Positions 14,090 to 29,799 are shown, counted from the stretch's first letter. The stretch is 64,000 nucleotides of DNA from the human T2T-CHM13v2.0 reference genome, Homo sapiens (GCF_009914755.1 NC_060925.1), one strand, 5' to 3'. Notes: generated by a model not told the origin, from the sequence alone. A program made the numbers and translations.

Positions 14090-14240
14090 TTTGTTTTGTA
14101 TTATTTATTTATTTATTTTTTGTAGAGACTGGGTCTTGCTGTGTTGCCCAAGCTGGTCTTGAACTCCTGGGCTCAAGTGATCCTCCCACCTCAGCCTCCC
14201 AAGTAGCTGTGACTACAGGCACCAACCACCATGTCTGGCT
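14090..14240 (-). mobile_element. FLAM/Alu monomer within L2 (L2 ~13980-14410)
   Basis: Alu monomer; L2 end ctagaatgtaaa...gaatgaatgaatg. Confidence 0.8.
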
Positions 14241-15349
14241 CTTGTTTATTTTTCAATTGTCTGCCCTTCTACTAGAATGTAAATTTCCAGAAGTTGGGGA
14301 TCTTGCATATCTTGTTTAACACTGTAGTCAATTTACAGCCCTAGCAAGCCTGGGGCATAGCAGGAACTTAACATTTGTGGAATGAATGAATGGCTGAATG
14401 AGTAAGTGGAGCTGAAAGTAGGTTAGAATGGAAGACTCAGATCCAGTGAAGGGAGCAAAGCCATGGGCCAGGTCCTCCTGCCTAGGGCTCTTTTGTCCCC
14501 AGAACTAGTCACCTCCAAGCCTTATCTCCTTCTCCCCTCACCCACTCTCCCATCCCACAGCAATGGGGGCAGGGCCTCTGGCTTCAGAGCTTATTAAAGT
14601 CTCCATAGATAAGTAAATTCTGTTGGGTTGAATTGTGCCCCAGGCTACCAAGATTAATTAGGTGAGCCCAGCTAATGAGTTAACTGAGTTTTTACTTTTC
14701 CCTCATTTGAAGTTTTAATCCCCTTCTGTCTCCAGAAGCCCTTAAAAGGAGAGCTAGGAAAAAAATCATTAGGGTGTTTCAAGTCCCCACAGTGATTTCC
14801 CTTACAACACCATGCTTTGACTACAAGTTCTGCAATTGCTCCTCCACACAAGCAGAAAGGTTTTTAGGTTTGTTTTTAGGTGGACTGGTGGATGAGAAGA
14901 CTTCCCCTCCAGCTTCCTAGTCCACATGATGCCAGAGAGTCGCAGCAGGACTGGGTGAGACCAGGTTCTGGCGACCTTCTGCCTTGTTTACTTAATTTAC
15001 TGCTTGTGTCAAGACGGTTCTGGGAAAGTTGCTTATGTCACCTCCTAAGAGTAAGGGAAAATCTCTGGCTGCTGAAGCTGCTTATCCCTACTGTGGCCGT
15101 TCCGGGTTACCCACTTCTTCCTAATCCCAATTTGCCTTCCTTGTCTAGCTGCTAGGGGCTAGATGGCTCAAGGGATTTCTTTTGTTGATATTGCTGTTGG
15201 TGAGATTGCATTTTGCTTTGTCTTTCTCCTAACTCAAAACAGATGGAACAGGGAAATAAAGAATGGTTGATAATCCTAGTCACTTATCTTTGGTAAATTT
15301 CAAAGGGTAAGTGGAGGCAAATAAACAATCATTCAGTAAACAAGTATAG

Positions 15350-15647
15350 TTGTTTTTTTTTTTTTTTTGAGACAGAGTTTGGCTCTGTCACCCAGACTGG
15401 AGTGCAGTGGTGCCATCTCGGTTGACCACAACCTCCACCTCCCAGGTTCAAACCATCCTCCCAAGTAGGTGGGACTACAGGCGCATGCCACCATGCCTGG
15501 CTAATTTTTTTTTTTTTTTTTGTATTTTTGGCAGAGACAGGGTTTCCCCATGTTGCCTAGGCTGGTCTCGAACTCCTGGGCTCAAGCAATCCTCCTGCCT
15601 CAGCCTCCCAAAGTGCTGGGATTACAGGTATGAACCACCATGCCCGA
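15350..15647 (-). mobile_element. AluJ/S
   Basis: Alu consensus; TSD aacaagta. Confidence 0.9.
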
Positions 15648-15701
15648 ACACAAGTACAGTATTTAATGCACATTAAGGAGGGCTTAAAATGATCCATATT
15701 A

Positions 15702-15990
15702 GGCTGGGCATAGTAGCTCATGCCTATAATCCCAGAACTTTGGGAGGCCCAGGCAGGTGGATTGCTTGAAGTCAGGAGTTCAAGACCAGCCTGGGTAACA
15801 TGGTGAAACCCTGTCTCTAGAAAAAATTTTAAAATTAGCCGGGTGTGATGGTACACACCTGTGGTCCCAGCTACTCAGGAGGCTGAGGTGGCAGGATCTC
15901 TTGAGCCTGGGAGGTTGAGGCTGCTGTAAGCTGTGATTGGGACACTGCACTGCACTCCAGCCTAGGCAACAGAGTGACTCCCTATTAAAA
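15702..15990 (+). mobile_element. AluJ
   Basis: Alu consensus. Confidence 0.9.
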
Positions 15991-16170
15991 AAAGAAAGAA
16001 AGAAGCAGAAGCAGAAGAAGAGAAGAAGAAGAGGTAGAGGAAGAGGAGGAAGAAGAGGAAGAAGAAGAGGAAGAGGAAGAAGAAAAGAAGAAGAAAGAAG
16101 AAGAAGAAAAGAAGAAGAAGAAGAAAAGAAGAAGAAAAGAAGAAGAAAAGAAGAAGAAGAAGAAGAAGAA

Positions 16171-16202
<32 letters not shown>

Positions 16203-16265
16203 AGAAGAGGAAAAGAAAGGAGAAGGAGAAGGAGAAGAAGGAGAAGGAGAAGAAGAAAAAGAAGA
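15987..16265. repeat. GAA/GAG/GAAA polypurine repeat grown from the Alu tail
   Basis: Pure purine 16036-16265, including (GAA)14 at 16150-16191. Confidence 0.97.
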
Positions 16266-16279
16266 CGACAAACAAAAAA

Positions 16280-16745
16280 CCGAAATGCTTGGCCAGAAAT
16301 AGAGTGGAGGCCATGTGACTGGAGCAGTGTGGCTGTGGGAGAGAGGAATGAGAAGACTTAAAAGAGGTGAGCAGGAGCCAGAACACCGGGGACTCTGTAG
16401 GCCATGGTAGGTGGCTTGATGGAATTCCAGGAACAAAGGAGAGTGGCCCAAGGGATGCCAGCAGGAAAGCCTTGTGATCTAATTTGCAATTGCAAAAGAT
16501 TTCCCTGTCTTCTACATGGAGAATGAATTAGAATGCAGCAAGAGAAGATACACAGAAACTAGTCAGAGGAGGTATTGGGGTTGACCAGGTGAGAGATGGC
16601 AGAGGCTTGGCTAGGGTGATGATAGTGAAGGTAGGGAGATGTGAATGACATCAAGGACATGATCTGAAAGTGGGACTGACAGGGCCTGCTAATAGATTAT
16701 GAAGAGTAAGAAGGAGAGAGAAATCAAGAATGCTGTCTTTGATTC
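16280..16745 (-). mobile_element. L2 fragment
   Basis: ccaggtgagagatggcagaggcttggctaggg...atcaagaatg. Confidence 0.7.
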
Positions 16746-18417
16746 TGTCCCGAACACATGCATCTCTACTCCCTTCTCCATCCCTAACCCCTTCCTCTGT
16801 CATCCACATCCCAAGAGTTTCCAGTCTCCCTGAGTCTTTGGTCAGAAAACCAATTTTCCTGGGCATTGGACAAAAATTTGTCTCCAGGATTTCAAACCAG
16901 CAGATATATCTCTTCTCCTTCTGCCTGGGACTGTGGACTCCTGAAATCTGTAAGTATTTTGCAAGTTCTCTTACCAGGACCACATTCTTGAGAAGAGGGT
17001 TCCTGTGACTCTGGGCCAAAGAAGTGCTGAGAAGGTAGTCCTCTTCAAATCACTCACAGCCCTAAACAGGTGAATCAGCCTCGACTGGCATGTGAATTTG
17101 TCCCACTGATTGAAAGAGTAGAAATTTATGCTAGTGGCAGGTGCCAACCAACAGTAGATTCAACATAAGAATTCAGAAAGGCAAACCTATGTGCATGTCA
17201 TTATAAAAACAACTGTGACAACAAAAGGCACCAGTCCAATTTAAGACATAAGCTCCTAAGGAACAAATTTCCTAACAAGACTTCCTTGTTTGCTCTATGC
17301 AAATGTTGAGGCTTATTGCACATTTGACACAAAGACTAGACTTTATGTGAAAATTCACACAAACATTTCAATTGCCTAGTGGCTTGAAAACTAAAGGAGA
17401 GGTCTGTTGTGTATGTGTGGGGTGAGGGTGTGGCAGTGAACTGGGGCAACAGGCAGACCGTACAAAAAAGAGGGTGGATTTAATGGTGGCAAATGCCTGA
17501 TCCTAACCCTTTCTCCCTGCCCCCAGGGTGAAGGATAATATGAGCCTTGCCATTCAGCAACTACACTAGAATAGAATTAATAGCACTTGTGCTGCCCAGA
17601 AAGCCATTCTCTGAACAGATGGCATTTCCCAGAAGGACTAAAGCCTAACAAGCCTGAGCTTAAATCCTGGAATTGGCTGGCTCACAATAACCATGAAGGA
17701 AGAAAAATCCCCTGTTTGGTTTGGCTTTCAGTCTCTCCTAGGCCAGGAATCAACGCTTCATGAACTGAGGAGATGGAAAGATAGAGCCTCTAATGTATAC
17801 CAGATCGGGCCACAAAACCTTCTCAGCAATGGGCATACATCCTAGGCCTGGCTCTCTATAAATATCCGATGGCTCCTTGGGAAGGAAGCTGGACTGTCTC
17901 TCCAGTTCAGGCCCATTTCCTTTTCTGACACTTTCCAATGCCTTCACTGGAGGGCTGCCATGTAGCCTAAATGCTGGAATACCATGACCTGAAGCCTGTC
18001 TCCAAAGAGACTCTCAGAGGAAGGGAATGTCATCTCCTCATCAAATCCAATATATTAAGAAATGGCAGGGAGAATCTCAGTGAAGATGGATGTAGGGAGA
18101 AAGGTTATGAAAAAGAGAAGTCAACAGCTGAGTTCAAACCAATTCAGACCCTCTTTGGACAACCAATGGGACTTCAGACACTCACCTGGGAACCTGATGG
18201 TATCTCATTGCTAACCTTACATGACTCACTTTCCAAGTGATGTCCATGCCCTTCACCAACATCTTTTAAGTGTCATTTACTTGTGTTTTGGGACCAAAGT
18301 GTTACAACTACATCTTCATATTTAATTGAAAAGGTTTATTTTTTTCTAAATCAGAACTGGCCTTTCAGTCAATGGCGTGACAACTTCCCTAAAACTAGTA
18401 AGGACAAGAAAAAAAAT

Positions 18418-18956
18418 TTTTTTTAAGAGACAGTGTTGACAAAGAGACTCTGTCTCAAAAGAAAACAACAACAATAACAACAAACCAAAGAGACAGGATC
18501 TCACTCTGTCGCCCAGGCTAGAGTGCAGTGGTGTGATCACAACTCACTGTAGCCTCGAACTCCCAGACTCAAGCGATCCTCCCTCCTCAGCCTCTTAAGT
18601 AGCTAGGACTACAGGTACACATTCCCATGCCCAGCAAATATTTTATTTTTGGCGGGGAGAGATGGGGTCTCACTAGGCTGCCCAGGCTGGTCTTGTACTC
18701 CTGGGCTCAAGCGATCCTGTCACTGTGGCCTCCCAAAGTGCTGGGATTACAGGCGTGAGCAGCCACAGCACCGGACAGAAAATTTGATTTTAAATTTAAT
18801 TTTTTTTTTTTTAGAGACTGGGTCCCATTCTGTCACCCAAGCTGGAGTATAGTGGCACTGTCATATAGTTCACTGCACCCTAGACTACCTAGGCTCAAGA
18901 GATCCTCCCACCTCAGCCTCGAAAATGCTGAGGGGCGTGAGTCTCCACTCCCAGCT
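18418..18956 (-). mobile_element. AluJ cluster containing a tiny sense Alu 3' fragment (~18437-18488)
   Basis: Alu consensus pieces. Confidence 0.85.
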
Positions 18957-19227
18957 AAAACAGAAAATTCTAATAGGCTGGAGCCCCACAGCATTCTGAT
19001 AATATCGTATGCACATAACAGGTGTAATCTGAGTCAGGCTGTCGGATCTAATCTCGTGCCTGGAGAGCAGAGATCTAGAAATCATGTCTTAGATTTGAAT
19101 TTCACCTTTGCCATTGAGTTGTAGGACTTTATTTTCTTTGTTTTATTTATTTTTTGTTTTCTTTGAGTTGTAAGACTTTTGACAGGTCACCCCTTCTTTT
19201 TACTGCCCACTCACATAGATGAATTTA

Positions 19228-19593
<366 letters not shown>

Positions 19594-19687
19594 CTAACAC
19601 TGCATCATTCTGTGAGTGTCTTAAGGATTGCAGATGGGGGTTTGTGTAAATCACTTGCATTTGAATAAAACAGATATGCACATATGA

Positions 19688-20066
<379 letters not shown>

Positions 20067-20320
20067 CACAAATCTTAAAAATTCACTGGTACATCTTGGT
20101 GGTCTGTTTTTCTGAGTCTTTCAGATCATTCAGTCTTGCACAAGCAGCAGCTGCAATCTACCGGGAGGGAGATTCTGCAATGGGAAACCACATTGCTCAT
20201 GCTGGGCAAACAGACCTGTCATTTCTAGAGACCTGGAATGATCCTGCCTGCCTGGCTGCAAGGCAGGGAGGAAAGCAGCATTCATCTATTCAATAGCCTG
20301 GTGGATAAAACAACCCCATT

Positions 20321-20664
<344 letters not shown>

Positions 20665-21054
20665 TTAACTATCCTTTAAATTATAACTGAGAAGTTAAAT
20701 TGGGTATGTTTTTAGAGAAATTTGACTTTCTCAGAAGGAAAGTGAAAAATATAAAATCCAGAGAGAAATACAAAGTATAGTCAGATCAGTAATTCTTAGC
20801 TTATTTTTTTTTTTTGCAGTCTGTCCTAAGGTGACATTTTGTGTGTTATTTGTTTATTGTTTATCATTTAGTTCTCTCACTAGAATGTAAGTGCTATGAG
20901 GGTAGGAACATGTGTATTTTATTTCCATATTTCCATTACATTACCTGGCCCTAGTAGAGTGCCTTCCATAAAATAAGCATTCAAAAAAAAATTGTTGAAT
21001 GAATGAATAATGAATGAATGATTCAGACTTTTTCACGTCCTAGACCCCTTTTTA

Positions 21055-21432
<378 letters not shown>

Positions 21433-21636
21433 TTATTATATTACATAATTTATACATATATAATTACAATACATATTATTACATTTTTATATCTATCTAT
21501 CTATCTATCTCTAATTGAATCTTCTCATGCAAAGGTCCCAGTTTGCAAAAGACATTCCTGCTTCACCAATGGTATCTGTTATCCCTAAAAAGCACATAAA
21601 CAAAAGCTCTGCTGTCATTCTCCTTGGAAAAAATCC

Positions 21637-21766
21637 TTTTTTTTTTTTGGTAGAGACTGGGTTTCCCTCTGTTGCCCAGGCTTGTCTCAAAGTCCTGGCT
21701 TCAAGCAATCCCCCAGCCTTGACTTACCAAAATAGGATTACAGGCATGAGCCACCACGCCCCAGCC
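21637..21766 (-). mobile_element. Alu left monomer
   Basis: Left-arm similarity. Confidence 0.8.
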
Positions 21767-22425
21767 CAGAGGAGCAATTCTGAAGAGGCTTAAGACTGGG
21801 ACTTTTGGGTCTTCTGACTCCCAGGATAAAACATCTGACATTGGCTCTTAGAGACATATGAAAGGTCCTGGGTCATTCCAGACATGTGACCAGTAAAAGG
21901 AGCCCTTCGGTGAAAGGGAAGAGAAAAAAAACTCTAAATTTGGACTCAGAAAACTTGAGTTCTAACTCAGCTCTTGTGCCATACTGGCTGTAGAATCATA
22001 GCTAGGTAATGGACTTCTCTGAGCCTCAGTTTCCTCATGTGAATGAAGAGGTCTGGCCTAGGCCCAGCATTCCACATTACAGTATCATAACTTCTAAACC
22101 AGGCAAATGAAGGAGCGACAGAGCTTCAGATGAAACAGGATGTTACTATGTAGTTAAAATGTCCATTTTGTAGCAGTGCTCCCTTGCTATGAAAAGAGAG
22201 CATGACTTATGCTGAAGCACAAGAAACTTTAAGTAAGATAACAGAAAGGACTCTCAATAATATAAGGACTGTGAGACAGAGTCAGACATGTGGGTGCTTG
22301 CAGAATATCCCTCAGAAGGTGTAGTGGGATGAGGGCCAACATTCATCTCTCAGATGATCTGTTCTAGTATTTGCTGGAAAAAGATCCTCAAGTCCAGTTG
22401 CCTCCAAAATCCACCCACTCTTTGG

Positions 22426-22549
<124 letters not shown>

Positions 22550-22574
22550 TTACAGCTTTTTAAAAAAATTTTAA

Positions 22575-22930
<356 letters not shown>

Positions 22931-23500
22931 ACCACAAATAAGACTTTAAGTGCAAAATTTCTACATTTATTCTAATGCTTTGGGAAAAAGTATTGATTGC
23001 CGTGGGGTATTTTCTTCTAGTCAGTTCTTTCACACAAAGAAATCTAGACGAAAGCGACATTGATTGGGCACCTCCCCGGCAGTTCTTTCCATGGGCCATC
23101 TTGTTTAATTCTAGAGCAACCCTGAAGGGCACTTATTTCCTACCAATTTTACAGATAAGGAAACTGAGACTCAGACAAGTCAAGTCACTTTCTGCGAAGA
23201 AGCTAGGAAATGGGGCCAGAATTTAACTCCAGGTCTTTCTGGAGTGGAAGCTCTTTCCACACACCTGGTTGCCACCAGGGAGGAGCTAAGTGGTGTTTAG
23301 GCAGCCAAGGGGTTTCTGGGCCTCAAGTGGTGCTGTGCACCATGCACAGTTCACTCACTCTTCTCCCCGCAGGCCAGTGTACACTGCAGATGCTGGGTCT
23401 GGAGCCTTCTCCACTCCTTTCCTGAGTTACTATCTCTGAGCGTTTCCCTTACAATGAACTTTTAGACTCCAGCACATAATCAGAATTAAAACAGAGGTCA

Positions 23501-23828
<328 letters not shown>

Positions 23829-24004
23829 CAGAGGTCAAGAGATAAATGACTTTCTGGAGACAGGTAAGAATTACAGGTAATGGGAGAACTCCAAGGCTTT
23901 CTATCCCGGGAAAAGATTGGGAAAAGTCCCAGGGAGAAGGGAAAGGGGAAAAGCTGAGGGATAGGGAAGCAGTCTATGCTGGGATTCAAAGATGCTCATT
24001 GGTT

Positions 24005-24323
24005 CTGTTTTTTTGTTCTTTTTTTTTTTTTTTTTTTTTTTGAGATGGAGTTTCACTCTTGTTGCCCAGGCTGGAGTGCAGTGGCACGATCTTGGCTCAC
24101 TCCAACCTCCGCCTCTGAGGTTCAAGTGATTCTCCTGTCTCAGCCTCCCGAGTAGCTGGAATTACAGGCACCCACCACCACGCCCGGCTTATTTTTGTAT
24201 TTTTAGTAGAGACAGGGTTTCATCGTGTTGGCCAGGCTGATCTCGAACTCTTGACCTCAGGTGATCTGCCCACCTCAGCCTCCCAAAGCGCTGGGATTAC
24301 AGGCATGAACCGCTGCGTCCAGT
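24005..24323 (-). mobile_element. AluS (Sq/Sp-like)
   Basis: Dimeric Alu. Confidence 0.92.
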
Positions 24324-25298
24324 CACTACTCTTTGGTTCTTAGAGTGGCAAGGGTTCTCCATCACCCCCAGCCCCATCACTATGGCCTTTCTTTGCCTGA
24401 CTTACATCTCCTCATCCTTCCAGAGGCATTCATCTCAAAAGGCATCTTTTCTAGACATCCTCCTGTTAGGACCGGGGCCCTTCTCTGGGATCCTATAGGA
24501 GCCAGTGCACATCTTAACATTTACCAGATTATAATAAAATAATGTTAATGAATCTCTCTGCCTCAGTGGACCATCCTGAGGATAACTCTCTTTTATCCAT
24601 GTCTGCACCCCTGGCACCTGGTACAGTACCTGACAACTAAGAGGGGTTCGAGCAATGTTTATCGAATACTCAAGATACAGAAGCTCTGAGAGAAATGGGG
24701 ACCTCAGGACAATGGGAGAATGGAGACCTGGAAGTGAGATCTGTGGAGAGTGGGTACTACTCTGTCAGGACCTGTTCCAATGCCTGGTGGATGTTGCACA
24801 GTCTAGCTGGATGGTGCAAAGCTTCTAACACTGCTGGGAGTGGTTCCACTTCAAACAATTCTAGTTTAGAAAGTTTCTTCTGGAGTTGGGCCAAAATGTA
24901 AGCCCCACTAACCTTTACATGTAGACTCTCACCTAGGATCCCTTTTGTATAGATACTACAGGTCCTGTATAGAAATGTCCTAGCTGGAGAGCTGTGCCCT
25001 ATTTCTAGGCATCTGGTGATGCTAAAGAGGCAGAATGAGGTCAAGTTTGTGTTAGAGGCTTTCTGAGCTGTCATTACAGAGCTGCGCATAGTCCCAGCCT
25101 GCATCCTGCTCTGTGTGACCTCCAGAACACCAGGTGACCCTGAGCCATAACTTCTTCCTCTGTGAATAGGGATGCTGACATTTTCTTCCTGACTGTGTCG
25201 TGTGAGGATGAAAAGTGAGGATGTGAGTAAAGCCTCACCTGGCCTTGGTCAAATCTCAGTGAAAGGTATCTATTGAATTATTATTGAAATATTATTAT

Positions 25299-26085
<787 letters not shown>

Positions 26086-26187
26086 TAAAATTCTTCATGA
26101 GCAGAAATCTTCCTTTGCTTAAGCCACTACTTAACTTATATTACCAGATTTTTGCAAGATGGTGCCCAGGATTAAGAACGTAGTTCA

Positions 26188-26497
26188 GGCCAGGTACAGT
26201 GGCTCACACCTGTAATACCAGCACTTTGGCAGGCCGAGGCAGGCGGATCACCTGAGGTCAGGAGTTCAAGACCAGCCTTGTCAAAACGGTGAAACTCCAT
26301 CTCTACTAAAAATACAAAAATTAGCCAGGCATGGTGGTGCATGCCTGTAATCCTAGCTACTCGGAAGGCTGAGGCATGAGAATCACTTGAACCTGGGAGG
26401 CAGAGGTTTCAGTGAGCCAAGACTGCACCACTGCACTCCAGCCTGGACGACAGAACGAGACTCCATCTCAAAAAAAAAAAAAAAAAAAACAAAAAAA
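26188..26497 (+). mobile_element. AluS
   Basis: Dimeric Alu. Confidence 0.92.
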
Positions 26498-26633
26498 ACC
26501 ACAGTTCAACAATTATTTAGCCCACTCTCAGAGACAAATCCTATATGCTAGACTCTAGTAATATAGAGATAAAAGTAGCTCATAGTCCAGCAGTGGGAAT
26601 AGTCACAGAAAGAAATATTAAAATTTTTGATTA

Positions 26634-26840
26634 GTGCTCACTTCAGCAGCACATATACTAAAATTGGAACTATACAGAGACTATTAGCATGGCCCCTTCA
26701 CCAGGATGGCACACCAATTCGTGAAGAGTTCTTTGTTTCTTTTTCTTTTTTTTTTAAGAGACAGTCTCGCGCTGTTGTTCAGACTGGAGTGCAGTGTCAC
26801 AATCACAGTTCATTGTAAACTCAACATTCCATATTTTTTT
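26634..26840 (+). pseudogene. RNU6-152P: U6 snRNA retropseudogene split by an antisense Alu fragment (26732-26822)
   Basis: GTGCTCACTTCAGCAGCACATATACTAAAATTGGAACTATACAGAGA...GTGAAGAGTTC; U6 3' end CATTCCATATTTTT resumes at 26823; TSD aaaatt(t/g)ttgat(t/c)a. U6 identity is clear; the locus number is recalled and unverified. Confidence 0.9.
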
Positions 26841-26969
26841 AAGATTTTTTTAAAAATTGTTGATCATCGAGGAAAGATGGATCACTCATAAATAGTGCTG
26901 GGACAATGGAGGACCCACCAACATATTGCACACAAGCAGAAATACTAGGCAGATTAAAGACTTAAATAT

Positions 26970-27333
<364 letters not shown>

Positions 27334-27360
27334 CTATATTCACAGAGTAGGGAAAAAAAA

Positions 27361-27657
27361 TTTATTTTTGTTGAGGTAGGGTCTCATTCTGTCACCCAGG
27401 CTGGAGTGCAGTGGCATGATCTTGGCTCACTACCACTTCTGCCTCCCAGATGCAATCGATTATCATGCCTCAGCCTCCTGAGTAGCTGGGATTACAGGTG
27501 TGCGCCACCACGCCCAGCTAATTTTTTTGTGTTTTTAGTAGAGACAGGGTTTCACTATGTTGGTCAGGCTGGTCTTTAACTCCTGGCCTCAAGTGATCTG
27601 CCCACCTCAGCCTCCCAAAGTGCTGGAATTACAGGGTGTGAGCCACCATGCCTGGCC
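27361..27657 (-). mobile_element. AluS/J
   Basis: Dimeric Alu. Confidence 0.9.
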
Positions 27658-27705
27658 AAGTTTCTTAAACAAGACACAAAAGTACTAACTATAAAGGAAA
27701 ACATT

Positions 27706-27935
27706 TGCTTGAGGCCAGGAGTTCAAGACCAGCCCGGGCAATGTAGGAAGACCCCGTATCTACAAAACACAAAAAATTAGCTGGGCATGGTGATGCGCAC
27801 CTATGGTCCCAGCTACTCAGGAGGCTGAGGTGGGAGGATTGTTTGAACCTGGGAGGTGGAGGCTAGAGTGAGGTGATATCGTGCCCCTGGATTCCAGGCT
27901 AGGCAACAAAGCCAGAGCCCATCTCAAAATAAATA
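27706..27935 (+). mobile_element. 5'-truncated AluJ
   Basis: Alu consensus. Confidence 0.85.
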
Positions 27936-28028
27936 CATAGATAATAAAGGAAAATACTGATTAATTTGACTATCCTTAATTGAAGAATATGTGTTTATCA
28001 AAAGATCCCGTAAAGAAAGTGAAATGGC

Positions 28029-28994
28029 TCCTTCCCGACCTGGTGGAGCAGGAGGCGCCATCGTGGGAGTCAACATCCACCACAGCAAGGACAGAAAGGT
28101 TGGGTGCAGGGAGCCCAAGAGCTGGACATCTACCTACGGCTGTTGGTCAAGCTGTCCACCTTCAGCCAGGTTATACTGAAGAGGCTTTTTGTGAATCGCA
28201 CCAACCAGCCACCTCTGATCCTGACCGGAAAATGAAGCTTCCAGGCCCGGAAAACAAAACGGCTGTGGTTTCAGGCCCACAGCTGCGGCTGTGTGGGTTC
28301 AGGAGGTGCCCAGAGTAAAGCCTCGCACTGCGTGTGAGCGGCCAGGGCCCAGCCGCATCCCCACGGCTGGGGCAAGATCCGTACCTTTGAGCAGCTGGCC
28401 CTGGACTCCCGCAAGAGCTGTGGCACCATCTTGCTTTTTGGCCCTCGAAAGGGCCCATAGGGACACTGGCATTTACCCCGGGAACCCCACACAGCTACAC
28501 CAAACCCTACGTGGGTTCCAAGGGCCGAAATTTTCACTGTGCCAGGGCCCCATGGGCCAGCCGCACTATAAAAACGAACCCTGATCCTACTCTCTTATTA
28601 AAAACATTTTGGATGCTCTATTAGTTCGTTTTACCCCGCTAATAAAGACATACCCGGGACTGGGCAATTTACAAAAGAAAGAGGTTTATTGGACTTACAG
28701 TTCCACGTGGCTGGGGAGGCCTCACCATCATGGTGGAAGGTGGAAGGCATATCTCACATGGTGGTGGACAAGAGAAGAGAGCTTGTGCAGAGAAACTCCC
28801 CTTTTTAAAACCATCAGATCTCGTGAGATTTATTCACTATCACAAGAACAGCAAGGGAAAGACCCCCCGCCCACCCATGATTCAATTATCTCCCACCAGG
28901 TCCCTCCCACAACACGTGGGAATTCAAGATGAGAACTGGGTGAGGGCACAGCCAAACCATATCAGATGCTGAAAGAAAGAAAAAAAAAAAAAGA
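28029..28994 (+). pseudogene. RPL18P2: Processed pseudogene of RPL18 (60S ribosomal protein eL18)
   Basis: Intronless match: [41 protein letters not shown]; 5'TOP-like start; ATG>GTG at 28063; frameshifts and deletions; ATTAAA and A tail; 17-bp TSD 28012-28028/28995-29011. The locus number is recalled and unverified. Confidence 0.95.
28617..28964 (-). mobile_element. THE1 (THE1B-like) MaLR solo LTR
   Basis: Reverse complement starts TGATATGGTTTGGCTGTG; 5-bp TSD GATGC (28612-28616/28965-28969). Confidence 0.93.
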
Positions 28995-29092
28995 AAAGAA
29001 AATGAAAAGGCTAGACACAAACTGGAAGAAGATACTTGCCACACACATAACCAATGAAGTAGTAGAATCTGGAATACACAAAGGGCTCAGAA

Positions 29093-29125
<33 letters not shown>

Positions 29126-29285
29126 AAGACACTGAGGGATGGGACTGAGGGATGGGACTGAAGGGTTTACAGAAGGCCCTAGATGAAGAGGTTCCCACTA
29201 GAGAGTCATCAGCCATGGAACAGAGCAACACTGTGGCCTACAAAGGGACTAAATTTAGCAACTTGGTCTCATTCATTGTGAATAC

Positions 29286-29498
29286 AGATGTCAGATAAGA
29301 TACAGGATGACCAGGAAATTTGAATATCAAACAAAGAATAATTTTTTTTTTAGTTTTAAGTATGTCCCATGTAATATTTTGGACATAGTTATGCTAAAAA
29401 TGTTTGAGACACACGAACTAAAAAATTATTTGTTGTCTATCTGAAATTTGACTGTACTGGGTACCCTGTATTTTTATTTGCCAAGCCTGGCAACCCTA
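29286..29498. mobile_element. MER53 palindromic hAT MITE
   Basis: cagataagatacaggatgacc...aagtatgtccc atgtaatatt ttggacatagttatgctaaaaa...ctggcaaccct. Confidence 0.85.
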
Positions 29499-29649
29499 AT
29501 TATGAACTTCTTGTTAATTTCAAAGAAAATGTCTTTTGGCTTGTAAGTCAAAACGAATTATACAGCACATAAAAAGAACCATTTTATAATAGTAAGACTT
29601 TCTTGCAAATGGCAGAGCAGAATAATACCAGAAAAGTTGGAGGTACAGG

Positions 29650-29781
29650 AGCTTGGAATGGTGGTGTGCACCTATAGTTCCAGCTACTGGGGAGGCTGAG
29701 GCAGGAGGACCACTTGAACCCAGGAGTTCAAGACAAGCCAGGGCAATAGAGACAGACCCCCATCTCAAAAAAAAAAAAAAA
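29650..29781 (+). mobile_element. FLAM
   Basis: Monomer; TSD aaaa(g)gttg(g)aggt. Confidence 0.85.
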
Positions 29782-29799
29782 GGTTGAGGTGTGAAACCA

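Noticed and set aside
15780-16451. 223-aa, 121-aa and 133-aa poly-S/E/F ORFs
   Set aside because: Frames through the GAA tract and Alu
27980-28584. ORFs with ribosomal protein similarity as a functional RPL18
   Set aside because: Start lost, frameshifts, deletions (including YRFLARRTN) and mutated stop: pseudogene
29131-29163. 13-bp repeat ACTGAGGGATGGG x2.5
   Set aside because: Ordinary slippage duplication
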